A stretch of 64,000 bases of DNA from Marsupella aquatica. Lineage: Eukaryota; Plantae; Marchantiophyta. The number at the start of each line of letters is the position of its first letter. Positions within the stretch are counted from its first letter, which is position 1. Below the pieces are notes generated by a model. That model was not told the origin of the DNA. It saw only the letters and a program-made list of their open reading frames with translations, and ran no database searches. Shown piece by piece: positions 20,246 through 33,642 of this stretch. Made by a program: the position numbers and the translations under genes. The stretch is from the NCBI GenBank assembly GCA_973895155.1, contig OZ316896.1:1116001-1180000 (forward strand), in the 5' to 3' direction.

Positions 20246-21972
20246 TCATTCTGTCTTCTTCTCCTTTGGGACGGGAGGAGGGGAAGGTTTGAAGACGAGC
20301 CTGTAAACGGCTGAAGCTCCCAAAGCTCCTACAAACGGTGTTACCCAGTAAACGTAATAGTGCTCTGGTGTATAATGCTTCTGATTTACGTACGCCCAAC
20401 CAAATGCCTGCCATTGAATGTAAGAGAGTGTGCTTAGTAGTTCAGTCATCACAATGAAACTAAATCTGCATTGCAACTAAGCACACAAAAATGAACCATG
20501 ATGCTAAGGGCTTCGTAACATAAGAATTAAGAACGGACCAACTGAAACAAGCAATACAGTGACACCAACCACTTCACTCTATCAGCTGAGCTCTTTGTTC
20601 GTTACACTATCCAGAACGCAATACTTATATTTGACTCAACACAGATTGACTTAGGACTGCTTGACTGACCAATTGATGAAGCAGGACAAACTCAGGTCGA
20701 AAAAAAATGCTACTGAATGCCCCGACCAAAAACCAAGCAAGCTCCAAAGCAGCCAAAAAAACTATGACCAACTGTTTAGTCTATCCAGAGTGTTGGGGTC
20801 AGGCTCCCAAAGAGCACAGAACGTTGAAGGGTACGGTAAAGCATGAAGAGTAAACCTACGTTGGATGGATTCATTGCTGGTCCAGTGTATGGGGTCCCCA
20901 ACGTGACAAGGACGAGTGTGGCGATGATGATGAGGGCGGTCTTGATGATGCCATTCTTTGGCCCATTGAGAACAACCCACAGGACAATGAGCGTGATGGC
21001 AAACGTTAAGACTCCTTCAGCAATAGCTCCTGTGTGAACATCCACCTTCAGCCTGGGGCCACCAAGAGTATATTTGTACGCTTCCGGCATCACTTCCACT
21101 ATCGACAAGGCTCCTGCTGCAGCTCCAACAGCCTGCACAGATCGGTTCAAACGCGTTAGTCAAAAAATGCGGTAGTCGTGAAAACGCCGTTCTCGTGGTA
21201 GTGTGCTAACTGAGTTGATCAGTGTGTAGTGATGCACTGACTGAGAAGATTGAAAAGAAACCGTTTCTCCGGCCATACTAGAAATGCATCGAGATTAAAT
21301 GTCATGAGGACTTGATTGGTCACTCATAATTAGGTCAGTTAAAGTCAACACTCTCTCCGGACTTGAGAACTCATTCAAGCATTGGTCGTCTCATAATAGG
21401 CTCCGCAGGGACTTCAGACTTATTCTTCATTCCTACTAGTCCTTACCGGCACAAACGTTAAAGCGATTCAGGAACCTATGCGAGCCGACGAAATGGAGGT
21501 TACGCTCAAACTGATGATTCCCACTTTGAAACATGAAGTTTATTATGCTCCCTTTGCATAAAGCACTGAATTGACTTCACTGTCTCGCCACCAAATTTGA
21601 CAACCATATTGAACGACCAATATAATGACAAAGTAAGTAACAGGGACGAAGCGAGGTAGTAGGGGAGCGAGTTCACACCATGGCCGGGAGGCGAATGGCG
21701 AGCGTGAAGAGAGTGTCCTGACCAACACCTGCGGCATAGAAGGCCGTAGGAGCCGTGGGGTTCCAGGAAGCACCACCCAGCATCTTCCCCAGAATCGAAA
21801 ACGTGAAAATGAGCACCACGACGATGCCAACAATGATGGGAGTCCGGTCCCCTTGCCAGTCCAGATACTGGGCTATGACGCTGGACAGAAATCCGAAGCA
21901 CGACGTGCTGAACACCCACAGAAACGACAGCGCCGCATCGGCTATCGTTAGCTTCACGATTCTCGACGACAT
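20246..21972 (-). CDS. SIP1: Small basic intrinsic protein (SIP) aquaporin, 3 exons
   Basis: Exons 21972-21679, 21132-20860, 20407-20246. Motifs: LGGASWNPT, YTGPAMNPSNAFGWAY, YVYWVTPFVGA, and a C-terminal dilysine ER signal KKTE*. Confidence 0.93.
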
Positions 21973-22316
21973 TTTCGCTTCCTCGGCACACAACTAAGCT
22001 CCTCTTCCCTCTTCCCCTCTTCCCTTCTTCCCCTTTCCTCCACACGAAACCAAATTCAACCCAACCCAGCACAATTCTGCTCCTCCCCTCTCCTTCAGCC
22101 GATGAAGAATGTCTGCCACCGCTCTCCTCCACAGTCTCCCTCGCCTTCTATCTATGTGGATTCAGCACCTCAGCAGCAATTTTCGAGGCGAGGCGAGGCG
22201 AGGCGAGAGGAGACGGGCGGAAAGAGAGCGGATTGGAGCCTGTCAATCGATCGAGAGGAGGCGAGAGAGCACCTTGTCCAATGGAGGAGAGCAGACGAGA
22301 GGCAAAGAGCACACGA

Positions 22317-22336
22317 CAGAGAGAGAGAGAGAGAGA
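22317..22336. repeat. (GA)n microsatellite in the SIP promoter/5' region
   Basis: Run of GA dinucleotides; (GAGGC)n nearby at about 22185-22206. Confidence 0.85.
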
Positions 22337-22668
22337 GGAAACGCGAGAAGAGCTGCACTCAGTCAGCGTCCTCTCGTCTTCGGGACCAAAAGGCTGCCGA
22401 TCACCAAACAAGGAAAAGATACGTTGATTCTCTCACAAACCGGCCATATCCGGACTGCGAGTTTACAGTGACTTTTTCGTTGGCGCAAGGAATAAAGGGG
22501 AACACTTTTTTTACTAGGCTACTCCCCACCACAATGGGCGTTCTTACAATCATGAACTCCAAACTATTTTTCATACCATACTAGCCTGATAAATCGAGAT
22601 GACGATAAAAATAGAGATGAAGACAAAAAGAAATCTTGAGATGCTGCATCTTTGTTTTTCACTCTCAC

Positions 22669-22960
22669 TTCTATTTTGTACAGTTTTAAGTACTTTGCCA
22701 CAAAAAGTTTTTAATGGAGAGTGGTTTTTTATTTTCATATTTACAAAAATGTCACCATTTTGTATGTGGATGACAAGTTCACAATGGTAACCAAGTGAAA
22801 GCGTGGCTTATTTGTATTTCTTCTATTTTGTATAGTTTTAAGTACTTTGCCACTAAAGATTTTAATGGACACTGGTGTTTTTTTTCATATTTACAAAAAT
22901 GTCACTTTTGTATGTGGACAAGGTCACAAGGTAACCAAGTGAAAGTGTGGCTTATTTGTA
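22669..22960. repeat. Tandem duplication of about 150 bp
   Basis: TTCTATTTTGTA.AGTTTTAAGTACTTTGCCAC...GGTAACCAAGTGAAAG.GTGGCTTATTTGTA occurs twice. Confidence 0.9.
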
Positions 22961-23829
22961 AATATAAATAAAACAGTGACAGTATTGTAAAGTAATCAAA
23001 AAGGGAAAAAGTACAATGAAAGGAAAGAAAAAGAGTCCCAAAGAGGACAAACACCTAGCTTGGAAAAAGAAAAGCAAATATAAACCTTAAAATTTGACAA
23101 ATAAAAAGAGAAAACTTAAAAGCTGAATAACATATATTGTGGTCCGGAGGCTTTTGTCATTTGACTCCAGTGCTAGTAATATCTGGAAACGTTTCTCCAG
23201 GCTATTTCAAAGTTTTTCAATGAGAGCAATAATAAAGTATTATACTTGACTTGCACTACTGGACCTGGCTTCACTCTATGAATGAGAGGTTGAGCATTAA
23301 ATATAGGTGTGAATTACTTCCCAGGGTTATCTCTTTGCACAAAGAATGGAATCTTTATTTTTCTTGAATCTAGGATTAGAGTGTCATTGTCGTTCTCTAG
23401 TAGTCACTTTTTGCATGAATGTCGAGTTAAGAATCAAATTGAAGTTATTTCATTGTCCTTTTCTCTTTTGTCATTTGCTCAAGGTTCCACTCATTTCCAC
23501 TTTCATTTATTTACTATTCACTCTTTGAGAAATCCTATATTCTTCCTAACTAAAAAGACTATTTTTCATGATTTGACTCCAAGCCTAATTGAATTTTTTC
23601 CCGTTTTGGTTCAAAATCAAAATATTTAAAACAGAATCGTCTTTCAGATCTTGGATTTTACCTTTTATGCTCAGATTTGTACAATTGTATTCTTGTATAG
23701 ATATCCCTCCAGATTCTTTGGACGACAATTGTTCCCTATGCCACACCTGTACGGGCCATCGCAAGCAGTAGAGGTCACAAAAAACCTTGCAAAAAAACAT
23801 TCCTGATTTATGCCCTCTCATTAGTGTCT

Positions 23830-23902
23830 TGGCCCAATCTCCCTTTTAACGGCCCAATCTCCCTTTTAACTTGGCCCAATCTCCCTTTTAACTTGGTCCA
23901 AT
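23830..23902. repeat. Minisatellite GGCCCAATCTCCCTTTTAAC x3 plus a partial copy
   Basis: Directly visible 20-22 bp units. Confidence 0.9.
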
Positions 23903-24539
23903 CAATGTTTCTGCTTGCATTCTCACTTTCATCTATGTCCCTTTTGAGCCGGCCCTTGAGGCCTCGAGTATAGCTTTGAATTGTGATTATATATATTTAT
24001 AGATTGCTATATAATGTGCATTCTATGGCATAGTACGTTATTTATAGGTTATGATTTGTATTGAGTCAAAAGATAGAGTCACGGCTGCCACGAGGAACAA
24101 GGGACTTTGATTCATGAAAAAAATTCACTCTAGTACTAACTATGTTTTATTCTGCCTCTCGTTTCCTCACACTTAATGAAAAACCCAAATTTCATGCAAG
24201 TCCACATTGTACTTTGTTTAGTACCAACAGACAGGTATTGGACAAACCTTAAAATGACTGTTTACCAAGTTAGGAACAAGTAGAGTACAATCGCAAAATG
24301 CCCTTGAGGTGCATATGGTGACTGAGCATTCTCTTCCATAAAGTTCATAGATATACAAAGAGAAATATCTTACACAAATTCCAGTAGATAGTAATGTCCT
24401 GGTAATGGGCATTGTGGAGCACAAAACCCCACCAAAACAAGTGCTTTTGCTCAAGTTTTGAGGGGCCATTAATTTCCATAATGCACATAAGTTGATTTGT
24501 TTGAAATTAATTTTAGTAAAAGGAGAGGAGAAGTTTTAT

Positions 24540-25200
24540 GCTCTGATCCATTCTGGGTTGTGCATCCAAATCTGAACTGTGACTTATGTTGCGGGTTCTG
24601 TATGCGAGGTGCTTCAGTGGAACGCTTTTTGGTGTGAATTCTGGGCTGATTGCTAAACTGGACTCAGCAGTAGGGGAGGAGTATATTCATTCTATTTGCA
24701 TCATTCTTCTTTTTATATCAGGTCTTGCGTTCATTGTGGCTGGGACGAAATGAGCACATGTTTCTTCACGGGACCAAAAACAAGTATGATGTTATAGTCA
24801 TGTTGTTGGAGGCTGCTGACCACATTTAGGGAGTGAGTGCGAGCTTACATTCAGGCAGTAAACTCACTCGGCTGCTCAAGGCCAAGTAATACATTGATGC
24901 TGAACAAGTTGAGTGGCTGCGGTTTTTGGAAATTTATGGTCATTGTTAGTTGGTTCACAGGATGACTGGAGCATGGTAGGCTTGTCACTGGTTATGGTAC
25001 TTAGGGACCATGGCTTGATTTTCAGATTGAGTGGGTCCCTATCCTTTCATTGCTTTGCTTTGGTGGTCTGATTCTGTTGTTGTGAATGATGTGCCCTTTT
25101 TGGCTGTTTGTGCTTGTGGACTCGTTTACTTTCTCTTATATGTGGAGTTCACACCTACTAATTTTCATAGGCAATAAGAGTTTTCTGACAAAATAAATAA
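24540..25200 (+). mobile_element. Degraded 3' end of an L1-type LINE ORF2 plus 3' tail
   Basis: Translation LRSLWLGRNEHMF (about 24724-24765) resembles the plant L1 C-terminal W..RN...F motif. It is preceded by a Cys-rich segment, interrupted by stops, and followed by a T-rich tail ending in AAAATAAATAA. Confidence 0.45.
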
Positions 25201-25240
25201 TTCTGGGCTGGGCATTCTTCTCAATAAAGCACATGAACTC

Positions 25241-25611
25241 TAGAACTCAGAGGTTGCAGGTACAAATCCCTCTCGACATGCAAAGGATGTGAAGGGTATG
25301 CATGAGTGGGGTGCAGTGGTGGGAGAGCTGGTTTTTCTTAGTCCATGCCCACTTTGGGACCCGAGTTCAACCCTCTCTCCCTCCTGGTAGAGTCCCTGTG
25401 GATTCCTGGGTATAGTCCCCTTGTGGTTACTCCGCAGAGGGCATCTTCAAAGGAAATTGTCTATCCTCTGTTAGATGGGTCTCTTTTGGTTTCAAGGCAA
25501 AAAAATACATAGAAGCACATAAACTCAGGGCATCTTCAAAGGAAATTGTCTATCCTCTTAGATGGGTCTCCTTTTGGTTTCGAGGCAAAAAAATATAGAA
25601 GCACATAAACT
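25241..25611 (+). mobile_element. tRNA-like SINE with duplicated 3' tail
   Basis: Pol III box-like segments GGTTGCAGGTACAAATCCC and GGTGCAGTGGT...GACCCGAGTTCAACCC; A-rich tail; flanking direct repeat AAGCACAT(G/A)AACT(C/T) at 25227-25240, 25513-25526 and about 25599-25612. Confidence 0.55.
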
Positions 25612-28526
25612 TACAGAGAGAAAACTCACGAAGTGCATTATTTACGAATGGAGTGCAACAGAGCCCCCACTTTTGTGATAAACAAGCTTTTAGCTATAAG
25701 GGCATCACACTCCACGATACTTTGATGCGTCCATGCGGGAGCCGTGGAAGAGATTGATTTTCCATGCGGGAGCCGTGGAAGAGATTGATTTTAATCATGC
25801 AATTTTTTGCTCTCAGATTTGTCAAACATCCCCACTGACAAGGACGAGAGAGGACTCAACTCGTTGACTGAAGGTGTCCGACAATGATTCCTGGCCAAAA
25901 ATCGGCTTTCAATCCCCACTTACCTCTCCGACTGCATGCTGTGCATGAGCGGAAACGTGTCAAAGAAGATGTTTGGAGAGCATCAATTTGCTTCACCATG
26001 GCTCCAGATACGCAGGTTATCGACGATACAAGGACTCAGCCCTTTCAGTGAAGTCTGTGACTGTTCAATCTACAGCAGAGCCAGAGCCAGAGCCAGAGGA
26101 GGATGCTCCAAACTCGTTGAGAAGTAAGTTCTTCTTGAATGGAGTGCAGGCAGGAAAAAGCTCGCCTTCCCTGTGAATCCCGCATCTAATTCAGAATTGG
26201 ATGAGGTGGATACGGAAGAATGTTTTTTGTCCTGCTTCAATTATGGAGAATGAATGCTGCTGCTGATGCCTTCCTGCCATCGAGAGAGATTTGTAGATTA
26301 CAAATGACGGTTCAATTCATCGGATTGATTACGTTTCTTTTGTTTTTAATCTATAACCCAAACAAAAAGCTATAAGTCAAACTATCAAAGACGGGAATAA
26401 GGAATGGTCGGTTGACGTTGATGAGCTGGGCCAGACATTTAGGCTCAATTCGAAAGATGATCACGGGTAGGTTGAACCTTCCGCGACTTGAGCCTGATTA
26501 TCATTTTCCGAGCCACTTTCAGAATGGACCTGGGATGATTTGAGGTTTACTGCACTGTATATAATACATTTCACAATTCTCATATGAACATAATGTACTC
26601 TCCAATATCCTTCAATCTGGTCTTTCTTGAGCCTGTCAGAGTCTTGTTAATGTTTTTTGGATACTAGCTTAGAAGCCTGACCATATGTTTACTTAGCTCG
26701 GTCGACCAACCTTTGCTGATTGAGAAACCTAGCCAGTTACTGAAGGACCAGCTCTCAAAAATTCGGTCCAGCCATGGCTTTCAGAACAAATAAATACTTA
26801 GATCAGCCCTGATTGATTTTGGTCACTGACGATTTTTGTCACTGCTAGTACCACCGGAGCTTATAATACGAACAATTATTAAGGCATCGAGCATCTATGC
26901 GAATTTTCCCTTTGCAAACCCAAAGGCTCACGCATGACCGTTTACTGAGCTGCAGGAGTTCGGAAATCCAGAAAAGCCAGGCAAGGGCAACCTGAGCTGG
27001 GACAAAAAGACCACTTTGATCATGTGTCGACAACTGAAGTGATTCGACGTTCTTGTTGATATACATTGTCCAATGCGGGTTTTTTCTCGCCGATCTACCT
27101 CTCTTTTATTCCCAACGACAACCACTCACAAAATCTTTCATACCATATTCGTTCAACTTTAAGTTCAATAGCCAGGTCGTGATCTCAACTAAGCATGGTG
27201 TTCAATGCTCATACAATTGTTTTGCTTTCATGGTTTATCTTTACACCTTAAAAGCTGTGAATTGGACTTCGATGTGACCACATTGTGAAATTGCGAGAAG
27301 TTGCCAAAATTAAGCAGGTCACTCCGAGAATGTGAAAATAATGCGTACTCCTGAAGAAAAGTCAAAATGAAACATATGCATGCACTGGGCAAACAGCAAA
27401 CTGCTCTTCCCAAATGTAACAGCGAATTGTTCCGGATTTGGAATAGGAAAACAGGACGTACCGCCGGGTCATCTACAGTAAATGCTAAGTTCTTCCAGAT
27501 TACGCGTAATTTCGACTAAACTCTAAGATTCATATGACTGTGCATCATCTGCCAGCGGATCAAATGAATGAGAACTGGACAAAATCTCATCTGAACGGAC
27601 AAAGATGGCATCGTCGGCGTTGGTGTCGGTCCATCTGCATGGCCTACGCCGGAGTCTGTTGCGCTAGCCAATGCGAGAGAGATTCTAGGGATCGATGGAG
27701 ACACGGCGCCACTTTATTTCTGTAATAAAATCTTGGCTCTCTTTACGCCAAAAGCAAGTTGTGACAAGTGAAAGGAATCTATATATTAAGTATTGGAAGA
27801 CAGGATTCTCTCTCAGTCGGGATTCTCGTTGGTGAAGAATAGGACTCAACGGTACAGCTAATCTCAATTGCTGTTTGTAGCTCGCTGCGCACGAATATAA
27901 GGAGGCCCGGGATTGATGAAATCGGGAAGCCCCGGCAATAATATGCAATCCTAATCAGCAAAATTTCCATCTACCGTCATTGCAACGGACATGTAAGTGT
28001 CAAGAAGTTACTACGAGGATCACTTCCTTGAAAATACGACATTTGATCGCATGGGGGATATAAAGCAAGGAAAAGATCTGTCGAGTCTACCTGCGTCATC
28101 GTCCCTGATCGATGTACTCATGTACAGTAGCTTCTCTCTTCGTAGCAGTACACTCTGGCCAATCTGTCTGAATTTCTCGATGAATTTGCTACAATTGCTT
28201 ATTTCTATGGTACACTGACCAATGATGTTATTCTTATGGTGGCTCTATCGTGATACGAGCCGAGATTCCAGATAGGTGATCGAGCTTGGGAGATCTACAT
28301 TCGGCGAAGAAGCTTCACCTTCGCCACAAAATCAATTCGAGGAGTGTTTCCCAGCCGATAACGGCTGTCCAACAATGTTATGATACAAGGACACTATTTT
28401 GCTGTCTATCTTGGAAAGACACTGGACGAATGATATCGTCGCTTCTTGCATCGTTCCTGGATGTCACCGAATTTGATCATGCCATCCTGTGATTCATTTC
28501 CTGTAGGGGCTAGTGCGCGGCATTAA

Positions 28527-31500
28527 TCAAACTGCACCCAGAGCGAGGTAGTAGACGATGACGATCGGAATGAACACAATCAGCTGGAAGACCACTCTGT
28601 TTCCCCCACATAACCCCAAATATTGTGTCAGCGTCGTGTTCTAGGTCTACATTCAAGAGAATCTCATGAAGAGCAGGCAACTGGCATGTCAAAAACTCTG
28701 GAAGGTTGTGTACTATGCAGAGAATTTCCAAACGATCCCCAAATGAGTACATGAGCATGTAATTTGTAAATCAGTCGACTACTAATGCTTCAAATTGAGT
28801 GACGGAGAGTCAGGATTGGAGTCCCGAACAGAGTACATACGCTGTGGAAAATTCGTTTACGTCCACATTATATTCTTTCGCGAGGACGAAACTTATAACA
28901 CCTTGCGGGAGGACGGCCTGGAAAGGCATTTCAGTCAAATGTTAAGAAAACAATCGGGCCCTTCTTAACTTCAAATATGCGTTTATGGATGTGTTAGTAT
29001 TTTCTCCCAAACTCCTAAGCCTCCGAGATCTAGAATCTGACGTTGCTGTAGAATGCCATGTCATAAAGGGTGCGAGAATCTGCTTCTGAGATGAAAAAAA
29101 CAGTTTAATTAGGATTATGATGATTGGTGATATCAAACACTTACTTGCAGAACGGCGAATCGATAGCTATCTCCCTTTAGTCTAAACGCCAGAGCAGTGA
29201 CTATCATGATGAAAGGACCAACAATGAAGCGAAAGAACATCCCATTAGCCATCTTTTTGTAGCCGCATGCTACTAGCCTTCCGGACATCGCCCACGTCAT
29301 TCCTGCGTTGTCACATTTTCTGCTTTATCAACATCTAGAAGGTCTAAGCTACAGGTGTCAACGAAGGCTAAGTTGTCTCCTCTTCTAGACTTGTAATAAT
29401 CTAACTGCCTTTAAAGTCTCATGAGAACCTACATTAAACAATCGGCAATAGTTTGACATCGTACATTCTGTTTGTGACGGACACAATGAACATCACCTGG
29501 TCAGAACTCCACAACAGGTTTCAAAGTATTTGGAATTGAACATGGAAGTCTAGTTTTGGAATTCATCGCCAAGAATTCGTTTGAAAGACCGAGTTGCAGC
29601 CAATGCTATCAGTCATGAACAGAGCGAGTTTGAAGAATACTCTAAATTCGCCTATCAGTAAAAATGCCATTCTTCATGAGTTCCGCCGACCCACCCCACA
29701 TTAGGGAGCCGGGTATGATTGACTGAAGAGCAATGCAAGGACGACCTTGAGACAAATAATCCAGATCGTCACAAAACGTACCGAGGATGAAGACGGCCAT
29801 CCCAACGGCTCCGCCGCTTATGAGCTCTAAAGAGGTCTGCACGTAGTACGGCATTCTCCAGTTGTATCTGCAGCCGATTTGACGGAAGTAAAGCACATGT
29901 CAAAAAGTATGCCTATATATCTAATTCGATGCTGGAGATGAACGACTCAATCATAGACAACCAGTACAATTGAAAGGCTGGGCTACATGCAATTACTACA
30001 TTTTTTTCGATCCTGGAGATGACCGACTCAATCATAGACAACCAGTCCAATTGAAAGACTGGGCTGCATGCAATTACTACATTTTTTTTCTCTTGCGAGG
30101 TGCTGATCGGTTTGGCTGAGGAGAAGTCTAGAGCAGTTTTTGTTCGAGCTTCCCAATCATTGGGTGATTTGACCAAAAACTACTCATTCTCGTCTCGAAT
30201 TTCTGAAATTTCTGAAAGCCATCCTGTCAGTGACCGACCCAGACTGGGAGGTCCTTGCGTTTGCAACTATTGTCGAGCGCTGAGATTATTGACCCAAAAG
30301 AATATTATTGACCCAAAGCAATGCTTCGAGATTGCGCGAGATTGCGGAACTTACTTGTACGCGAACAACGCATAGACGAAGCCCAGCAAGCTCGAGAAGG
30401 TCAGCGGTACGTATTTTAGCCGATTAAACGCTTTATAGAACACCAATGTCCAGAACGGGACCAACTTGATTCTCCGCTTCTGTGGCCTCCCCGGCGCTTC
30501 TGGATCAACTACCCCAACTATGCCAGAAATGTTTTTTTCTGTCTTTGTGTCGCCTTGATCTTCGTCTTCATCAACTTTCGGATCTCTGCCGTTTGGCGGC
30601 TCCCCACTTATCAGGGAGAATGGGTCGTACGATCTATCATGAGCATCTGCATCAATGTGAAGGCCAATGCAAGGTTAGTAGACCATCGATCAGCAAGGTG
30701 AGCCGATTTAATTACTGTAAAATTTGAAACCTTGCCCACCAGCGGTCCTCAGCCAAATTCCAACAGATAATTCCAACGCTCGTAGCGTTATCATTAACGA
30801 TCTTGCTCGAATTCCTATCTACAAAGCATGCATTCCATTTCTTCTGATGTATATGTATTTAGGCTAGGATGCATCCATCATAGAATGAGATAATTCAATG
30901 TCAGATACAAGACCCCAAACAGGCTATGAGGTCAGGGTAGAGTAATTTAATCAGTTCATGGGAATGGGATCACCAGTTCACTCACCATCAGAACAAGGAA
31001 ATTCTTCCATCGAGGTGCCCTCGTCCACTTTCGAAATGAATCTGTTGAGGGTGAAACTGTCCGCCACTTTCGAGTCTGAAATTCGAGCAGGGGCGGATAA
31101 CGTTCGCTCGAGCAGAGCAGAAGGTAGATTTGCAAAATGATGAACGACACTACTTTCCGCCTCGTGTGGTTTACTACCATCATCATGTCCTGCGACGACG
31201 ATGGAGACAGTCCCCGACGACTTGTGCGACGATATACCGAGCTGCTGCTCCTGTTGCAACTGCCACTGCAAATCGGCCTTTGCATCTTCTGCATCCGCCT
31301 GGGCGTGCATCTCGATCAGCACAATGCGCGTTTCGTATAAGGCAATGGTCAAATTGTACCAAAGTACTATCTGCACGAAGATAATGGTCACCACTTTCCC
31401 GTGAATATTGTCTCCATACAATGGATCCAATAGAGCATCACCGATTAGCACAGTGTTCGGGAGAGTGGCCAGCATGAAGAAACTGATCAAGTGATCAATT

Positions 31501-31787
31501 TTGCCGTTCTTGGCATACGCCCAGTACAAGATTCCTATTATCAATGCCACCATCTTTTGCAGAATGTCAGCTCCCACAAGCCGGAGGCTGATTTGGTACG
31601 GGTCATTGAAAGCTACAAGATGAAACGCGTACGCAGGGATTCCCATGATTGCGAGGAATCGAGAAATTCCCGGTGCGTGCACTGGTAGAATGAACTTGTA
31701 TCTGTAGAGGAACCATCCGAGAAAAACAATCACATACACGGGGATGATGTGCTCGATCAAGCTCCAAAATTCCTTTCCTGTCAACAT
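28527..31787 (-). CDS. PIN: PIN-FORMED family auxin efflux carrier-like protein, divergent non-canonical type (494 aa, 6 exons)
   Basis: Exons 31787-30986, 30646-30355, 29867-29782, 29302-29145, 28917-28841, 28596-28527 join into one open 1485-nt frame. N-terminal PIN helices (GISRF, NDPY, ADILQK, ATLPNTVLIG, VQIVLWY) and C-terminal helices (GMAVFILG, LVACG, RFIVGP, AVLPQGVISFVLAKEYNV, PIVIVYY). The 86/158/77-nt internal exons are typical of PIN genes. Confidence 0.93.
29926..30090. repeat. Tandem duplication of about 81 bp in PIN intron 2
   Basis: TCGAT.CTGGAGATGA.CGACTCAATCATAGACAACCAGT.CAATTGAAAG.CTGGGCT.CATGCAATTACTACATTTTTT twice. Confidence 0.9.
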
Positions 31788-31966
31788 TTTTGCCAACTTC
31801 AGAACACTGTTTAATGTGCTAGTTAGCTACAGACTGAACAACTCCTTACAGCGACCCCGACTAACTATCTACTATTACACTAGTCGGTTGGTTCAATTTG
31901 CTCCTCGACTTCAAGCCCCGCTTCTAGCTTGAAAGTTACATGTCAACATTGTCAGGCCTTCCTCGT

Positions 31967-32074
31967 TCAATCTGAGGGCTGGATGGTACTAGCTAACTAT
32001 TTTAGAGGAATGCGTGGGAGTCAATCTGAGGGCTAGATGGTACTAGCTAACTATTTTAGAGGAATGCGTGGGAG
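31967..32074. repeat. 54-bp near-perfect tandem duplication upstream of the PIN ATG
   Basis: TCAATCTGAGGGCT(G/A)GATGGTACTAGCTAACTATTTTAGAGGAATGCGTGGGAG twice, 1 mismatch. Confidence 0.9.
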
Positions 32075-33642
32075 CTCCCTAGAAAAATTCCTCGGATTCC
32101 ACGGCACTCAGCACGATCTATTGTACATAAAACTACACAAATGTCTAATATGTCAACTGAAGCCTTCCACAGTGCTCATCAAATTCTTCAGAATTGAGAA
32201 ATTCTGTCGAATTCGTGCAGAATTGCTCCACTGTAGCTTCAGAGTTAGTGAATGACGGAGTGCTTGAGAGGGAGGGATGCGAACTCTGACCGGGACCTAT
32301 AGGACAACAAACGAAATCCCCAAGTCCAGTGAACAAAGAGCCGTCGAGTGGACAATTGTCTCGTAAGCTGGCCACGCGACCACATCTGTGGTCGTCTTTG
32401 ATAGGCTCGAGCAGTAACACGACAACGATAGAAAAGACAGTCTGATCGAGGCTGCATGGCTGCTGTAGAGGTTTCGATTCTGCTTTATAATGTCTGGATG
32501 GCCTCAGCCTGTCTCTTGGGATCCTGTCAATGTGTCAACCTGTCCACCACGGTCCACATGAGCGTTTTGTTAAATTATTCAAACCAAAAGAATTCAGAAC
32601 CGCAGAAGTCACGCTGTGTCAACCTGTCCACCATGGTCCAAATGAGCTTTCTGTTGATTACTTTATTCAGCACCGAAAGATATCAGAACGCGCACAAGTC
32701 GGCGCCATCAGGTGTTTGACACACAGAATTTGCACATCGTTTGCCGAAGGACATTTAAGAAACGTGCTGACGGTAGACAGTTGTATGAACTTGGCTCTTT
32801 GAAATTTTCTCAAGTCTCGTTTGGCCTTTGGCACTCGACAAGTGCCATGGATAATGGCTATATTGTATGATAACAAATTACAAAATATTCAGATGATGAG
32901 CCCTCTCGCATGTTATAGTCTCCCTGAGTGCCCTGTTGGCCTGGTTTATGGTATCCAGACTGGACTTCCTGTATGCATAAGTGAGATTTGGATTTGCTAC
33001 TGTACAGTATTTATAGGGCACCAAAGATTTGATGGATCTTAACTCCCTAGTTCAGTGTTAAGAACACAAAAAGTTACAGACCACAAAATTTGTAGTCCAT
33101 ATTTGTAGTCCATAGCATTTAGCCATGAAGGATTGGTCATATGCAACCATTACCATGAATCACAATGTAGAGGCTGGTGAAAGATAAACAAAAAAACTTT
33201 TACATAATCTTATGAAACAATTATGACCAAATCTTCACTGAGTTCACAGTTCACACTCCTTAGTATCTAATTCAGTCTGACTTGTCAAGTCTCTGCACTG
33301 TGTGCATGGCCATCTGGCTTATACTCGAAAACACTTTTGTTAAACATCAGTTGCTATTATTGTGTAATGCAAGGGCATTGATTTGGGCTAATATACCATG
33401 ATTTGCACCAATTGAGACACCAGTCAAATGTAAATGCATCTACAGATAATCATAGAGCCCCCCTTGCTAACGTTCGATTACCATCAAGTGCAATTTTCCA
33501 ACCCTCACTCATCCTTGTTGACTTCAGCTACCCCTACCCTCTGGAAAAGTTAGTCATAGCCACCTCTTCCAAGAAAGGTGATACTATTAACAGAAAGGTA
33601 CCTCCCAAAAATATCAAGTAAGGAGTTGGGATGGGTCTCCAT

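Noticed and set aside
22102-22584. Overlapping Arg/Glu-rich ORFs
   Set aside because: They arise from GA/GAGGC microsatellites in the SIP promoter and 5'UTR.
23260-23278. Partial resemblance to miR166 (GGACCTGGCTTCACTC)
   Set aside because: Several mismatches and no fold-back partner.
23830-23902. Direct repeats considered as CRISPR-like
   Set aside because: No spacers and a eukaryotic context; an ordinary minisatellite.
25920-26280. Coding-like segment with (CAGAGC)n and a minus-strand donor GAG|GTAAGT
   Set aside because: All frames are short or interrupted and no family is recognisable.
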